Below are positions 1 through 9,798 of a stretch of DNA of 64,000 nt, piece by piece (within the stretch, counting starts at the first letter, position 1; every line of letters starts with the position of its first letter). A program made the translations under genes and the position numbers. The stretch comes from Gammaproteobacteria bacterium. Lineage in GTDB: Bacteria > Pseudomonadota > Gammaproteobacteria > Pseudomonadales > Balneatricaceae. The stretch covers positions 4,707 through 68,706 of the forward strand of contig JAWUWK010000028.1 in the NCBI GenBank assembly GCA_034111875.1, written 5' to 3'. The notes beneath the pieces were generated by a model. The model was not told the DNA's origin. It saw nothing but the letters and a program-made list of their open reading frames with translations, and did not search any database.

Positions 1-1
1 T

Positions 2-454
2 CGTATAATCAATTTCTTTCCAGAAGAGGCACATGCTCAAGTTCTATCTGATTTATCCCTAAATATCAGAGCCATAATATCGCAAAGATTAGTAAAAACT
101 CTCACTGGCAAGCGAACTGCTGCGGTAGAAGTATTACTCAACACCTCGACTGTTCAGGGTTTGATTTCCAAAGGAGATATTGAAGGTATAAAAGAAATCA
201 TGGCCAAATCGGAGAATTTGGGAATGAAAACCTTCGATTCCTCATTATATGAGTTGGTGCAATCTGGTATTATCAGTCAAGAAGAAGCATTGCGCAATGC
301 AGACTCAGCCAATAATTTACGTTTGAGGCTGAAGTTAAAAGTAGTAGACAGTAGCCCGTCAGAGCCGGATATAAATGCTCATAAAGACCTAGGGGCCTCT
401 ACAAAAACTAAACCCAAGCTCGATGGCCCCAGTAAATTTGAATTACTTGAGTAG
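2..454 (+). CDS. pilU: Type IV pilus retraction ATPase PilU, C-terminal part (5' end outside the window)
   Basis: The frame is open from the window edge. The translation ...RIINFFPEEAHAQVLSDLSLNIRAIISQRLV...AAVEVLLNTSTVQGLISKGDIEGIKEIMAKS...GMKTFDSSLYELV..G.IS.EEALRNADSANNLRLRLKL matches the conserved PilT/PilU C-terminus. A low-complexity tail follows. Confidence 0.85.
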   Translation, partial: RIINFFPEEAHAQVLSDLSLNIRAIISQRLVKTLTGKRTAAVEVLLNTSTVQGLISKGDIEGIKEIMAKSENLGMKTFDSSLYELVQSGIISQEEALRNADSANNLRLRLKLKVVDSSPSEPDINAHKDLGASTKTKPKLDGPSKFELLE

Positions 455-563
455 AAATGAATTAAGCGTAGCTCTAAATATAACAGGTAAATAATGTTTT
501 AATTCTGACCAATATTTAGGCTGACTACTGGAATAACTAATGGTAAATATTGAATACTAAAAT

Positions 564-980
564 ATGAATGAAATAGTCGATCTGTTACGAGAAAAAAATC
601 AAGATAGGTTTGCATCCATAGAGCTTCCGGACGAAGATGACTTAGTGGTTATCCAAGAGCAGTTGTTATTGCACTTACCAGCAGATTTAAAAGATTTCCT
701 ACTCAGTGTCAGTGATGTAGTGTATGGCGCTATTCAACCTGTAACGGTCACTGATGAACACGCCGCTAGCCACTTGCCAGACATGACGTTTATCGCTTGG
801 GATAGGGGGATGCCAAGAGAGTTAATTCCTATTTGCGAACTTTTAGAAGGCTATTATTTTATTGCCCAAGAAGGTTACATCAGTGCTTGGACCCCTAAAC
901 ACGGCGTTAATGAAGAGATTCACTGGGATTCAATCTGGGGCTGGTGTGAGGATGTTTGGCTCAATGGTAAAGGGACATAA
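564..980 (+). CDS. SMI1/KNR4 (SUKH superfamily)-like small protein, function unknown
   Basis: 138 aa, acidic, with no signal peptide. The N-terminal 'LPDEDDLVVIQEQLLLHLPADLKDFL' pattern is typical of SMI1_KNR4/SUKH domains. The family call is from memory of the fold signature only. Confidence 0.5.
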   Translation: MNEIVDLLREKNQDRFASIELPDEDDLVVIQEQLLLHLPADLKDFLLSVSDVVYGAIQPVTVTDEHAASHLPDMTFIAWDRGMPRELIPICELLEGYYFIAQEGYISAWTPKHGVNEEIHWDSIWGWCEDVWLNGKGT

Positions 981-1024
981 TCTACAGTTCTTGTTCTTAA
1001 ATCAGTGGAAAGTTTGACAGTGCT

Positions 1025-2509
1025 CTAGAGAGCATGTTTCCTGTTGCTGTAAAGTCCAACTCCCAATAACAGTAAATAAACACCAATAAAGGGCCACTGG
1101 CCTATTCTCTGGTAGGGAGTAAGCCCTTGCATAGGTTGTACCTGGCCTTCCAATACTGCCTGCTCATATCGAGGCGCTATTTTTACCACCTTGCCTTGGT
1201 GGTCGACGATCGCACTGATGCCATTGTTCGAGCTGCGAACCAGCCAACGGCCGTTTTCTACCGCGCGCATGCGTGCAATTTGAAAGTGCTGGTCGGGTCC
1301 TATGGAATGACTAAACCAAGTATCGTTAGATAAGGTTAAGATTAAATCTGCGGTTTTACTGTATTCACGAACCAGTTCGGGATAGGCTATTTCGTAACAA
1401 ATTGCGGTGCTGTATTTGAAATCTCCCACTTGCATTAACGGTTGCTTACGCACTTTAGGCACACTAAAATTAAAGTCAGGAATGTTTAGGAAATTAAATA
1501 GATCTCTAAATTCTGCTTGCCAAGGAATATATTCACCAAAGGGCACTAATCGTTGTTTGTGGTAATGGGTATTTTCAGTCAGGTTTAAAATCGAATTATG
1601 TAAGCGTCTGCCTTTTGGGTGCGCTTTGTCTTCAACTTTCATCGGTATACCGCTAATTAACGACCCGCCTAAGCGTTGTTGACTACTCACTAGCGGGGCA
1701 AAATACGCTTCAACATTTGAATACATGCTGGGAATGGCAGTCTCAGGCCAAATGATTACTTTTTTGCCTAGTATAGATTCTGTGGTTTTATAATATTGGC
1801 TAAGAATACTGTCTAAATGCTGTCTATCCCATTTGATTTCTTGGCGAATATTGGGCTGCATTATACTGATGTTGATTTTTTCCCCTGAGGCTTTAGTCCA
1901 TTCTGTAGGGAGAAGATAGCTAGCCGTGAGTGGGATGCAGACACTGATAAAAGTTAACACTAGTTGCGACTTTTTCTGGCTGAGAATGAGGCTTGCGACA
2001 CACATACTTATACAGATAGTGATCATTGAAAGAAGCCAAACTCCTCCTAAAGCGGCGAGTGGAGCCAATGGGGTATCTATTGTGCTGTAACCTAAATAAA
2101 GCCATGGAAAGCCGGTAAATAGCCAGCTGCGTAGCCATTCAAATAATAGCCAAAGTAAACCAAAGCAAAGCGCTGCAAAGCGCTGCCTACAAAACTTTTG
2201 GTAGAGCGCTATTTGGACTAAAAAAAGCAGACCCAAGGCAGCGCAAAATACCAAAGTGAGTAAAGCTGCCGGTATAGCGGGGGTATGACCATAAATATGG
2301 ATGCTAACGTAAACCCATGAAACGCCAGTGCCAAAGAAGCCCAGGCCAAAGCTCCAGCCAATCCAGCAAGCGCGCTTCAGGCTTTGATTATTTAACAACA
2401 AAAATAGTGCGGCGGGAGAAATGACGGCAAATAGATATAAGTCAAAAGGTGCAAAAGCGAGTGTCGTACTAGCGCCTGAGGCAAGCGCCAGAAACAGTTG
2501 TTTGATCAT
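1025..2509 (-). CDS. lnt: Apolipoprotein N-acyltransferase
   Basis: 494 aa with a multi-TM N-terminus and a CN-hydrolase domain (IIWPE...HKQRLVPFGEYIP...ICYE...SNDTWF...QHFQIARMRAVENGRWLVRSSNNGISA). Collinear with E. coli Lnt. It is the last gene of the ybeZYX-lnt operon. Confidence 0.95.
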   Translation of the reverse strand: MIKQLFLALASGASTTLAFAPFDLYLFAVISPAALFLLLNNQSLKRACWIGWSFGLGFFGTGVSWVYVSIHIYGHTPAIPAALLTLVFCAALGLLFLVQIALYQKFCRQRFAALCFGLLWLLFEWLRSWLFTGFPWLYLGYSTIDTPLAPLAALGGVWLLSMITICISMCVASLILSQKKSQLVLTFISVCIPLTASYLLPTEWTKASGEKINISIMQPNIRQEIKWDRQHLDSILSQYYKTTESILGKKVIIWPETAIPSMYSNVEAYFAPLVSSQQRLGGSLISGIPMKVEDKAHPKGRRLHNSILNLTENTHYHKQRLVPFGEYIPWQAEFRDLFNFLNIPDFNFSVPKVRKQPLMQVGDFKYSTAICYEIAYPELVREYSKTADLILTLSNDTWFSHSIGPDQHFQIARMRAVENGRWLVRSSNNGISAIVDHQGKVVKIAPRYEQAVLEGQVQPMQGLTPYQRIGQWPFIGVYLLLLGVGLYSNRKHAL

Positions 2510-2512
2510 CAG

Positions 2513-3352
2513 TTAATTGCTGACTCGCTGTACTTGTAATAACCTAATGCGCCGATGTTCGGATGATAATACTTTGAAAATGAAGCCATCGATCACAATC
2601 TCTTCATGTTTTTGAGGTAAATGACCAAAGCGCTGAGTCACGATTCCGCCGATGGTATCGAAATCATACTTATCAAATTTCGTGTTGAAATAAGCATCGA
2701 AATCTTCAAGTTCAGTGAGTGCTTTGACTAAAAAAGCACTGTCATCGAAAGGTCGAATGTTGCCGTCATCATCGTTCTGGTCGTGTTCGTCTTCTATTTC
2801 ACCGACAATCTGTTCTAGTACGTCTTCAATTGTTACTAAGCCGGCGATGCCACCATATTCATCCACTACAATCGCCAAGTGGCTTCGGGTGGCGCGAAAT
2901 TCGCTGAGTAAAACATTGAGTCGCTTACTTTCAGGTATGAAAGTGACACGGCGAAGTTTGTCCTGCACAGCAAACTCCTGTTCATTCTCATCAAGCAGAT
3001 AGGGTAACAAATCTTTAGCTAACAGGACGCCAATTATTTCATCGGGGTTTTTACCGACCACTGGAAACCTGGAATGGGCACTGGAGATGATAGTCGGTAG
3101 GAACTCTTTGAAGGTTTGGTCAGATTCAATAATCACCATTTTTGAGCGGGGCACCATAATATCCCGTACTTGCAGGTCAGAAACTTGCATGGCACCTTGA
3201 ATAATATTTAATGCCTCTTGATCGAGCAGATTATCTTCCGCTGCCTCTTTGATCACTTCTAGTACATCTTGTTTTGTCTTAGGATCAAAGGATAGTGCTT
3301 GGGATATGCGCCCAAAGATACTTCGTGGTTTTTCCGATCTATCTTCGTTCAT
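2513..3352 (-). CDS. corC: CorC/YbeX family Mg/Co efflux-associated protein (CBS pair + CorC_HlyC domain)
   Basis: 279 aa with the CBS-pair motif (VRDIMVPRSKMV...) and a C-terminal transporter-associated domain. It occupies the conserved position between ybeY and lnt. Confidence 0.9.
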   Translation of the reverse strand: MNEDRSEKPRSIFGRISQALSFDPKTKQDVLEVIKEAAEDNLLDQEALNIIQGAMQVSDLQVRDIMVPRSKMVIIESDQTFKEFLPTIISSAHSRFPVVGKNPDEIIGVLLAKDLLPYLLDENEQEFAVQDKLRRVTFIPESKRLNVLLSEFRATRSHLAIVVDEYGGIAGLVTIEDVLEQIVGEIEDEHDQNDDDGNIRPFDDSAFLVKALTELEDFDAYFNTKFDKYDFDTIGGIVTQRFGHLPQKHEEIVIDGFIFKVLSSEHRRIRLLQVQRVSN

Positions 3353-3388
3353 TGATTCTTTGAGCTCCGAGCCTTTAAAAGGGCTAAA

Positions 3389-3850
3389 TTAATTATCATC
3401 ATAGGGATCAGCAATATTAAGTTTATTTAACAGATCCTTTTCTAACTGTTCCATTTCTTCTGCCTCACCTTCCTTTATATGGTCGAATCCAAGAAGATGC
3501 AAGGTGCCGTGAATAATCATATGCGCCCAATGCTCAAAAATTTGTTTATCCTGTTGTCTCGCTTCAGTTTCAACAACTTCAGCGCAAATCACCAAATCAC
3601 CGAGTATCTCGACATCTTGATGAATGCATTCAGGCATTTCAAAACAAAATGAGAGTACGTTAGTAGGACTGTCTTTACCCCGATATTGCTGGTTTAAGGA
3701 CTGACTTTCCGGTGAATCTACAATGCGAATACAGATAGAAAACTGTTGTGAATATGCTCCTAATGCAATGTCTAGCCATTGTTGAATTTTCTCTTCAGTA
3801 GGCAAGTTATCTGCATTAGTAGCATATTGTACGTCTAAAATAGTGCTCAT
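3389..3850 (-). CDS. ybeY: Endoribonuclease YbeY (rRNA maturation factor)
   Basis: 153 aa with the zinc motif HGTLHLLGFDH. A 4-nt ATGA overlap with the upstream ybeZ stop suggests translational coupling. Confidence 0.95.
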   Translation of the reverse strand: MSTILDVQYATNADNLPTEEKIQQWLDIALGAYSQQFSICIRIVDSPESQSLNQQYRGKDSPTNVLSFCFEMPECIHQDVEILGDLVICAEVVETEARQQDKQIFEHWAHMIIHGTLHLLGFDHIKEGEAEEMEQLEKDLLNKLNIADPYDDN

Positions 3851-4854
3851 CGAGTGACAGTTAACTTATGTGGTGGATTGGTTTTTTGTAAATCGTAGCG
3901 ATCATAGGCTTCGACAATATGTTGTATTAAATGGTGTCTAACGACATCTTTAGATGAAAAGTAATTAAAACCAATGCCTGGAACACCGTTTAGTACTTCT
4001 GCCGCGTGACGCAATCCAGAAGGGACACCTTTCGGCAGATCAACTTGGGTTATATCGCCGGTAATAACTGCCGTGGAGCCAAAACCAATTCTGGTTAAAA
4101 ACATTTTCATTTGCTCGCGAGTGGTGTTTTGACTCTCGTCTAAAATAACAAATGAGCCATTGAGTGTGCGACCACGCATATAAGCTAGTGGTGCCACTTC
4201 AATAACATGCCGCTCGATTAACTTGGCGACACGTTCAAAACCAAGCATTTCAAATAGTGCATCATAGAGAGGACGTAAATAAGGATCGACTTTTTGAGCC
4301 AGATCACCCGGTAGAAAGCCCAGCTTTTCACCAGCCTCAACCGCTGGTCTTACGAGTAAAATGCGTTCGATCTCTTCTCTTTCTAGGGCTTCTACAGCAC
4401 AGGCAACCGCCAGATAGGTTTTACCAGTTCCAGCCGGTCCAATGCCAAAGTTAATGTCGTGAGATAAAATTGAGCGAACATATTTTTGTTGATTCGGACC
4501 GCGGGGCTTCACTAACACTTTTCGTGTGCGAATCACAAGGCTGTCGTCCGCTGAACCTTCACTGCTGGTGTTCTCTTGTTCAATTCCTGATTGCTGTAAA
4601 CTCAAGTGAACTTGTTCTAAATCAATGGTTTTTCCTTCGCAGGCATCTTGATACATCTGCTTGAGTAGCTGGACAACTTTTTCAGTTAAACGGGGGGCAC
4701 CAGTCACTTGAAAATCAGTAGCGCGATTGCTGATGACGACATTGAGGCGTTTTTCGATAAGCTTGAGGTGTTCATTATACTGTCCACAGAGGCTGGCAAG
4801 TGCAGCGGTATCACTGTGTGACAAAGTGAAACTCAATGATTCACTGTTGTTCAA
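3847..4854 (-). CDS. ybeZ: PhoH-like ATPase YbeZ
   Basis: 335 aa with Walker A GPAGTGKT and a conserved PhoH C-terminal region (ILDESQNTT...MKMFLTRIGFGS). Synteny is miaB-ybeZ-ybeY-corC-lnt. Confidence 0.93.
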   Translation of the reverse strand: MNNSESLSFTLSHSDTAALASLCGQYNEHLKLIEKRLNVVISNRATDFQVTGAPRLTEKVVQLLKQMYQDACEGKTIDLEQVHLSLQQSGIEQENTSSEGSADDSLVIRTRKVLVKPRGPNQQKYVRSILSHDINFGIGPAGTGKTYLAVACAVEALEREEIERILLVRPAVEAGEKLGFLPGDLAQKVDPYLRPLYDALFEMLGFERVAKLIERHVIEVAPLAYMRGRTLNGSFVILDESQNTTREQMKMFLTRIGFGSTAVITGDITQVDLPKGVPSGLRHAAEVLNGVPGIGFNYFSSKDVVRHHLIQHIVEAYDRYDLQKTNPPHKLTVTR

Positions 4855-5074
4855 TAGACTATCTCCTTATAGTTGATCGGCTCGCTTTGAGTATAACATA
4901 GCAAACGCTGTCTTTAGCAAATCGAAATGAATTGCGCTTGGCGTGTAATTAATTGAAGCAGCAGAACAATCTATGGTTAGTGCAGCTTTTGTCTATTTTG
5001 AGACTTGTAGTCTTTACTCGATGTGGCTCTTAGCTTTGACTGTTAAGCACTGGCAAAGTATTAGCATAGCCAAG

Positions 5075-6484
5075 TTAAACTCGGCTAGTCTCGCTATCTT
5101 GAGTCTGTTCGCTACTTGCGAGCAGTGCAACTTGGCTTTTAAAATGGTCTAATTCAGAGCAAAGTAACCTGCCAATTAATGAATTGGTATAAGCTTGCAT
5201 TATCTCTACATCCGCGAATTTGCCGATCAAATCGGCATTATTGCAGCGAAAATTTACCACTCGGTTATTTTGCGTTCGTCCAGACAGCATACCCGGATCC
5301 TTCTTTGAATAGCTGTTGACCAAAATACGCTCTGTGTTGCCAACCATTTTTCTGCTGATGATTTGCGCATTCTGGGTGATGCGATCTTGGAGGATTTTTA
5401 ATCGCTGCTTTTTGGTTTGTTCTGTCACGTTGTCGGGAATATCAGAGGCGGGTGTGCCTGGTCTTTTACTGTAGATAAAACTATAGGAAATATCAAAACC
5501 TATCTGATCAATCAATTTCATGGTCTGTTCAAAATCAGCTTCAGTTTCGCCTGGAAAACCTATAATGAAGTCAGACGAAAAGCAAATGTCTGGACGGATC
5601 TTCTTGATCCTGCGCATCTTAGATTTGTATTCGAGCACAGTATGGCCGCGTTTCATTGCCATCAAAATGCTGTCAGAACCCGATTGCACTGGTAAGTGCA
5701 AATGACTGACTAATTCTGGGACTTCGGCATAAACCTCAATCAGAGAGTCGGTAAACTCAACAGGGTGCGAAGTGGTGAAGCGTATTCTGTCAATGCCATC
5801 GATACAGGCGACTAAACGAATCAGCTCAGCAAGATCGGCAGTATCACCGTCTGCCGCTTCTCCCTGATAAGCATTGACGTTTTGGCCCAACAGATTGACC
5901 TCCCTAACGCCTTGTTCGGCGAGTTCAACACATTCCTTTAGGACGCTATCTAGTGGGCGGCTAACTTCTTCTCCGCGGGTGTAGGGCACAACACAAAAAG
6001 TACAGTATTTGCTGCAGCCTTCCATCACCGAGACAAAAGCTTCAGCGCCAGTTGCGACTGGTGTTGGTAAAACATCAAATTTTTCGATTGTGGGAAAGCT
6101 GACATCGACCACTCCAAGCTTTCCCTGCTCAGTAAGATCTATCATTTCAGGCAGGCGATGCAGTGTTTGTGGCCCGAATACCATATCCACAAAAGGCGCA
6201 CGTTTCAAAATTTTATCGCCCTCTTGGCTGGCGACACAGCCGCCAACACCAATCTTTATATGGGGATTCTTTTCCTTGATTTTACGCCAGCGACCCAATT
6301 GATGGAATACTTTTTCCTGGGCTTTTTCGCGAATTGAACAGGTGTTCAACAGCAGTACATCTGCTTCTTCAGGTGTGTCGGTAAGCTCAAGTGCGTGGCT
6401 CTCGCCTAATAAGTCTGCCATACGATTAGAGTCGTACTCGTTCATTTGGCAACCATGAGTCTTTATAAATAGCTTCTTCGCCAT
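5075..6484 (-). CDS. miaB: tRNA-2-methylthio-N6-dimethylallyladenosine synthase
   Basis: 469 aa. It has the UPF0004 N-domain ([12 protein letters not shown]), the radical-SAM motif CSKYCTFC and a TRAM C-terminus. Confidence 0.95.
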   Translation of the reverse strand: MAKKLFIKTHGCQMNEYDSNRMADLLGESHALELTDTPEEADVLLLNTCSIREKAQEKVFHQLGRWRKIKEKNPHIKIGVGGCVASQEGDKILKRAPFVDMVFGPQTLHRLPEMIDLTEQGKLGVVDVSFPTIEKFDVLPTPVATGAEAFVSVMEGCSKYCTFCVVPYTRGEEVSRPLDSVLKECVELAEQGVREVNLLGQNVNAYQGEAADGDTADLAELIRLVACIDGIDRIRFTTSHPVEFTDSLIEVYAEVPELVSHLHLPVQSGSDSILMAMKRGHTVLEYKSKMRRIKKIRPDICFSSDFIIGFPGETEADFEQTMKLIDQIGFDISYSFIYSKRPGTPASDIPDNVTEQTKKQRLKILQDRITQNAQIISRKMVGNTERILVNSYSKKDPGMLSGRTQNNRVVNFRCNNADLIGKFADVEIMQAYTNSLIGRLLCSELDHFKSQVALLASSEQTQDSETSRV

Positions 6485-6770
6485 TGTATACCTTACTTGG
6501 GTTTTGTAATTGGCTCACGCCAAGTGTCTATGTGTTTGATCCCACAACAGTTATCTTCCAGTAACACGCTTGTCTCTAGGCTATTCTATGAGCCGATGAT
6601 TCGCATAATGTTATCGTTAGCCTGTGGGCTGATGAATGATTAAGCGCATTATACTGACACTGGCAGTTGATAGCTATTTCGCTGATCAAATAGTCAAAAT
6701 TTAATTGCTTCTCTTGTAAATTTAGCTGCTGCCCCAATTGATGGCGTATATGCATAATTGAGAGAAAATC

Positions 6771-7094
6771 ATGTCTAAACAGGAAGCGATCTATCGGGTT
6801 ACTTTTGTCAACCAAGATAAGCTAGTAGAAGTATTTGTTGAGCATGTTTATCAAAGTGATATATGGGGTTTTGTTCAACTCGAAGGCTTTATCTTTGGTC
6901 AGCGTTCAGAGTTGTTAGTCGATCCGGGCGAAGAGAAGGTAAAACAGCTGTTTAACGGTGCTAAAAGCTCTTTTATTCCCACCCAAGCAATTGTGCGAAT
7001 TGATCAGGTAGAGCAGTTGGGGGTGGCTAAATTATCTGAAGTGAAAGGTAACATTGCACAATTTCCAATGATGCCGCCACCGCGCAAAGACTAA
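6771..7094 (+). CDS. DUF1820 family protein
   Basis: 107 aa. Divergent from miaB, as in pseudomonads. The sequence pattern YRV.F.NQ..vyE.y...v.QS...GF fits my memory of DUF1820. Confidence 0.6.
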   Translation: MSKQEAIYRVTFVNQDKLVEVFVEHVYQSDIWGFVQLEGFIFGQRSELLVDPGEEKVKQLFNGAKSSFIPTQAIVRIDQVEQLGVAKLSEVKGNIAQFPMMPPPRKD

Positions 7095-7147
7095 TTTATA
7101 AAAACTTGAGGCTTATTCGCTAGAATTAAACCTCAAATATCAACAAG

Positions 7148-7597
7148 CTACAGACAACGATTGCCGGTTTTTTCGCTCAATAAACGATCATTGATCGCGA
7201 GTTCAACGCGGCCATCTGGAAAGATCAGCTCGACTTCGTCTAAGCTAATACATTTAACGCCGTTGCTGGTCCAAGTGTTTTTCCAAGTAGTGCTTCGAGT
7301 CCTGCCTTGGGCAATAGGCCCTGCCAAACGAACATAAGCACTGTCTCTTTTGCCTTTTTTAGGTCTAATAGTGTTTCCTGCGCTGTCGTATGCCGTCAGT
7401 TTAAAGCGCGCATAGCTGTAGTCAGCATGTGCAATATTCTCGAATTTAATCTTAACCCCAATACTGCGTTTAGAAGCAGACATAATGGGTGTCGCATCGG
7501 CAACAATGAGCGGCGGGTAGGCTTCAGTCTTAGGATTAATTTGGGTACAGCCAAACATCGTGAGGGAAAGGCATGTAAGCAGTAGAAATTTCCACAT
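7148..7597 (-). CDS. Hypothetical lipoprotein
   Basis: 149 aa with a signal peptide and lipobox (LSLTMFG|C). I recognise no family. Confidence 0.6.
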   Translation of the reverse strand: MWKFLLLTCLSLTMFGCTQINPKTEAYPPLIVADATPIMSASKRSIGVKIKFENIAHADYSYARFKLTAYDSAGNTIRPKKGKRDSAYVRLAGPIAQGRTRSTTWKNTWTSNGVKCISLDEVELIFPDGRVELAINDRLLSEKTGNRCL

Positions 7598-7908
7598 GTT
7601 AGTTTTGCTTCCTTGAATAGATTGAATAATTGTTATTAGTATTTGTGTGAAGCTAAGTCAAAGACCATTATGTTGTGACCTTTGCACAATTGAGTGTTAC
7701 TCGTTGATGGGGCTTTAAAAACCGGCAAAATGTTGATTGACAGTGATAAATACGATTTTTTGGTCTCGTATCATCTGCCTCAGCACTGAGTGTAGAACGT
7801 CAAATGTTTTAAAGCTGCTAAGATTCTATCTTATAATTAATTAATTATCCGACTTTTTTACTAGAGCATAAATAGTTACCAAACACATTTTAAAATTCCT
7901 GCAGCCGT

Positions 7909-8934
7909 TTAAATTGCCAATAATGTTTTGTTGGGTTTACCTGGGATTTCTCTGGCAAGTTTTGGCACCAGATAGCCGGGTAAGACTGTTTGTAATTGCG
8001 CTAATAAAGATTGCGCTTGTCCATCGCTGATGTCGAAATGAGCTGCCCCTTTTACAGGATCTAAAACAAATAAATAGTAAGGCAGTGCGCCAGCTTTAAA
8101 CGAGGCTAAGTGTAAGGCCTTTTGAGTTTCGACGCTATCGTTTATGCCCTTGAGTAAAACTGCTTGATTCAACACTGTAACATCCGCTTGTTGCAGGCGT
8201 TGCAGTGCGTTTTTTACACTGCCGTCAAATTCATTGGCGTGATTAGCGTGTATCACTAACAAGGTTTGTAAAGGGGTCTTTTGCAAGGTATCACAAAGTG
8301 TTTGAGTAATACGTTGGGGTATAACGACTGGCATTCGAGAGTGGATGCGCAGTCTTTGCAAGTGGGGTATTTTAGAGAGCTCTTCAATGAAATCACCCAG
8401 CCTCTTGTCTGAGGTGGCAAGGGGGTCTCCCCCTGAAAAAATAACTTCTTCAATGCTCTTATCTGCGCTAATGTAATGAATAATATCTCGCCATTGCGCT
8501 GAGCCAATGTTGTTTTCGCCATAGGGAAAGTGCCGTCGAAAACAGTAGCGACAATTAATTGCACAAGCGCCACTGAGAGTCAGTAATACGCGGTTTTTGT
8601 ATTTATGAATTAGCCCCCTCAAGTGATTGCTATCAGCCTCCTGTAAAGGATCAACCACAAACCCCGGTGTGTAGTCTAACTCTCTAGGACTCGGCAGTAC
8701 TTGCAATAGTAAAGGGTCTAAAATATTTCTTTTTTGCATTCGCTCGGCATAAGGCAGTGGGATTTTTAAGGCAAACTCTTTACTGGCAGCCGCAGAGAAT
8801 GGGAGTGTGCTCTGATCTATTTCCAAGAAGTCACATAATTGAGTCACATCTTTAATGCAGTTTCTTAACAGACGCTGCCAAGGTAGTTGGTCCGTTTCGT
8901 CGCTGATCTCTATGCGATTGTTGATTGATTTCAA
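7909..8934 (-). CDS. epmB: EF-P beta-lysylation protein EpmB (lysine 2,3-aminomutase family)
   Basis: 341 aa with the radical-SAM motif CAINCRYCFRR. Divergent from efp, as in E. coli yjeK. Confidence 0.92.
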   Translation of the reverse strand: MKSINNRIEISDETDQLPWQRLLRNCIKDVTQLCDFLEIDQSTLPFSAAASKEFALKIPLPYAERMQKRNILDPLLLQVLPSPRELDYTPGFVVDPLQEADSNHLRGLIHKYKNRVLLTLSGACAINCRYCFRRHFPYGENNIGSAQWRDIIHYISADKSIEEVIFSGGDPLATSDKRLGDFIEELSKIPHLQRLRIHSRMPVVIPQRITQTLCDTLQKTPLQTLLVIHANHANEFDGSVKNALQRLQQADVTVLNQAVLLKGINDSVETQKALHLASFKAGALPYYLFVLDPVKGAAHFDISDGQAQSLLAQLQTVLPGYLVPKLAREIPGKPNKTLLAI

Positions 8935-9152
8935 AACTGAAGGCCCTTAGATAAATAAGTGAGCAGGACAGGGCATTAAACTAATTATAGTGAGTCTTCC
9001 ATTGACTACTAATCTGTGTGCCCCGTGAAAAATTGTCAGCATTGTGCTTTCTCATAGAATAGCTGTCAAATATTTAGCAGATAGCCGCATATTTATTTCC
9101 TTTGTAGTAGAATGTAGAGAATTCCACATTATTATTGAAGTAGAGAAATTTA

Positions 9153-9713
9153 ATGTCATATTCAGCTAATCAGCTTAAAAACGGTTTAAAAGTAATGATC
9201 GACGGCGATCCTTGCTCAATGCAGCAAGTTGAGTTTGTCAAACCTGGTAAAGGGCAGGCTTTTACTCGGGTTAAAATGCGCAACCTCCTGACCGCGCGTG
9301 TTTGGGAGAGAACCTTTAAGGCGAATGAGTCGTTAGAGGCGGCTGATGTGGTAGAGCGCGACATGGAATACCTTTATACCGATGGTGAAATGTTCCATTT
9401 TATGGTGCCAGTGACTTTTGAACAATACGCTGTCGAAGCCAATTCTGTGGGCGATAACGCCAAGTGGTTGCAAGATAATACCAGTTGCATGATTACCTTG
9501 TGGAATGATAAAGCGATAGTCGTCACACCGCCCAATTTTGTTGAGTTAGCTGTCACTGAAACTGATCCTGGATTGAAAGGTGATACTGCTCAAGGCGGGT
9601 CTAAGCCGGCGACTTTGAGTACTGGCGCTGTGGTTCGTGTACCCCTATTCATTGAACAAGGTGAACTATTAAAAGTAGATACCCGCTCTGGGGAATATGT
9701 CAGTCGCGCATAA
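9153..9713 (+). CDS. efp: Elongation factor P
   Basis: 186 aa. The loop [16 protein letters not shown] carries the conserved Lys34-equivalent that is the beta-lysylation target. Confidence 0.97.
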   Translation: MSYSANQLKNGLKVMIDGDPCSMQQVEFVKPGKGQAFTRVKMRNLLTARVWERTFKANESLEAADVVERDMEYLYTDGEMFHFMVPVTFEQYAVEANSVGDNAKWLQDNTSCMITLWNDKAIVVTPPNFVELAVTETDPGLKGDTAQGGSKPATLSTGAVVRVPLFIEQGELLKVDTRSGEYVSRA

Positions 9714-9798
9714 TTACATCACTCGCGCGGCGTCTATGGCCTTTATGTTTAGAAGGTTTTTTTTGAGAATTTCTAAAAATTATTGTTAAAGGTGATTT

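Noticed and set aside
2164-2186. Perfect 10-bp tandem repeat (gcaaagcgct x2.2) inside lnt.
   Set aside because: It is too short and is in-frame coding sequence of an essential gene (it encodes ...RFAALCFG...). It is most likely coincidental. I note it only as a theoretical slippage site.
6181-6192. DnaA-box-like 'atatccaca'.
   Set aside because: It is a single 8/9 match inside the miaB coding sequence, with no cluster of boxes and no AT-rich unwinding element.
6576-6815. 79-aa minus-strand ORF in the miaB / DUF1820 divergent promoter region.
   Set aside because: It overlaps the start of the DUF1820 gene, has no recognisable family and has odd composition. It is most likely a chance ORF in AT-rich promoter DNA.
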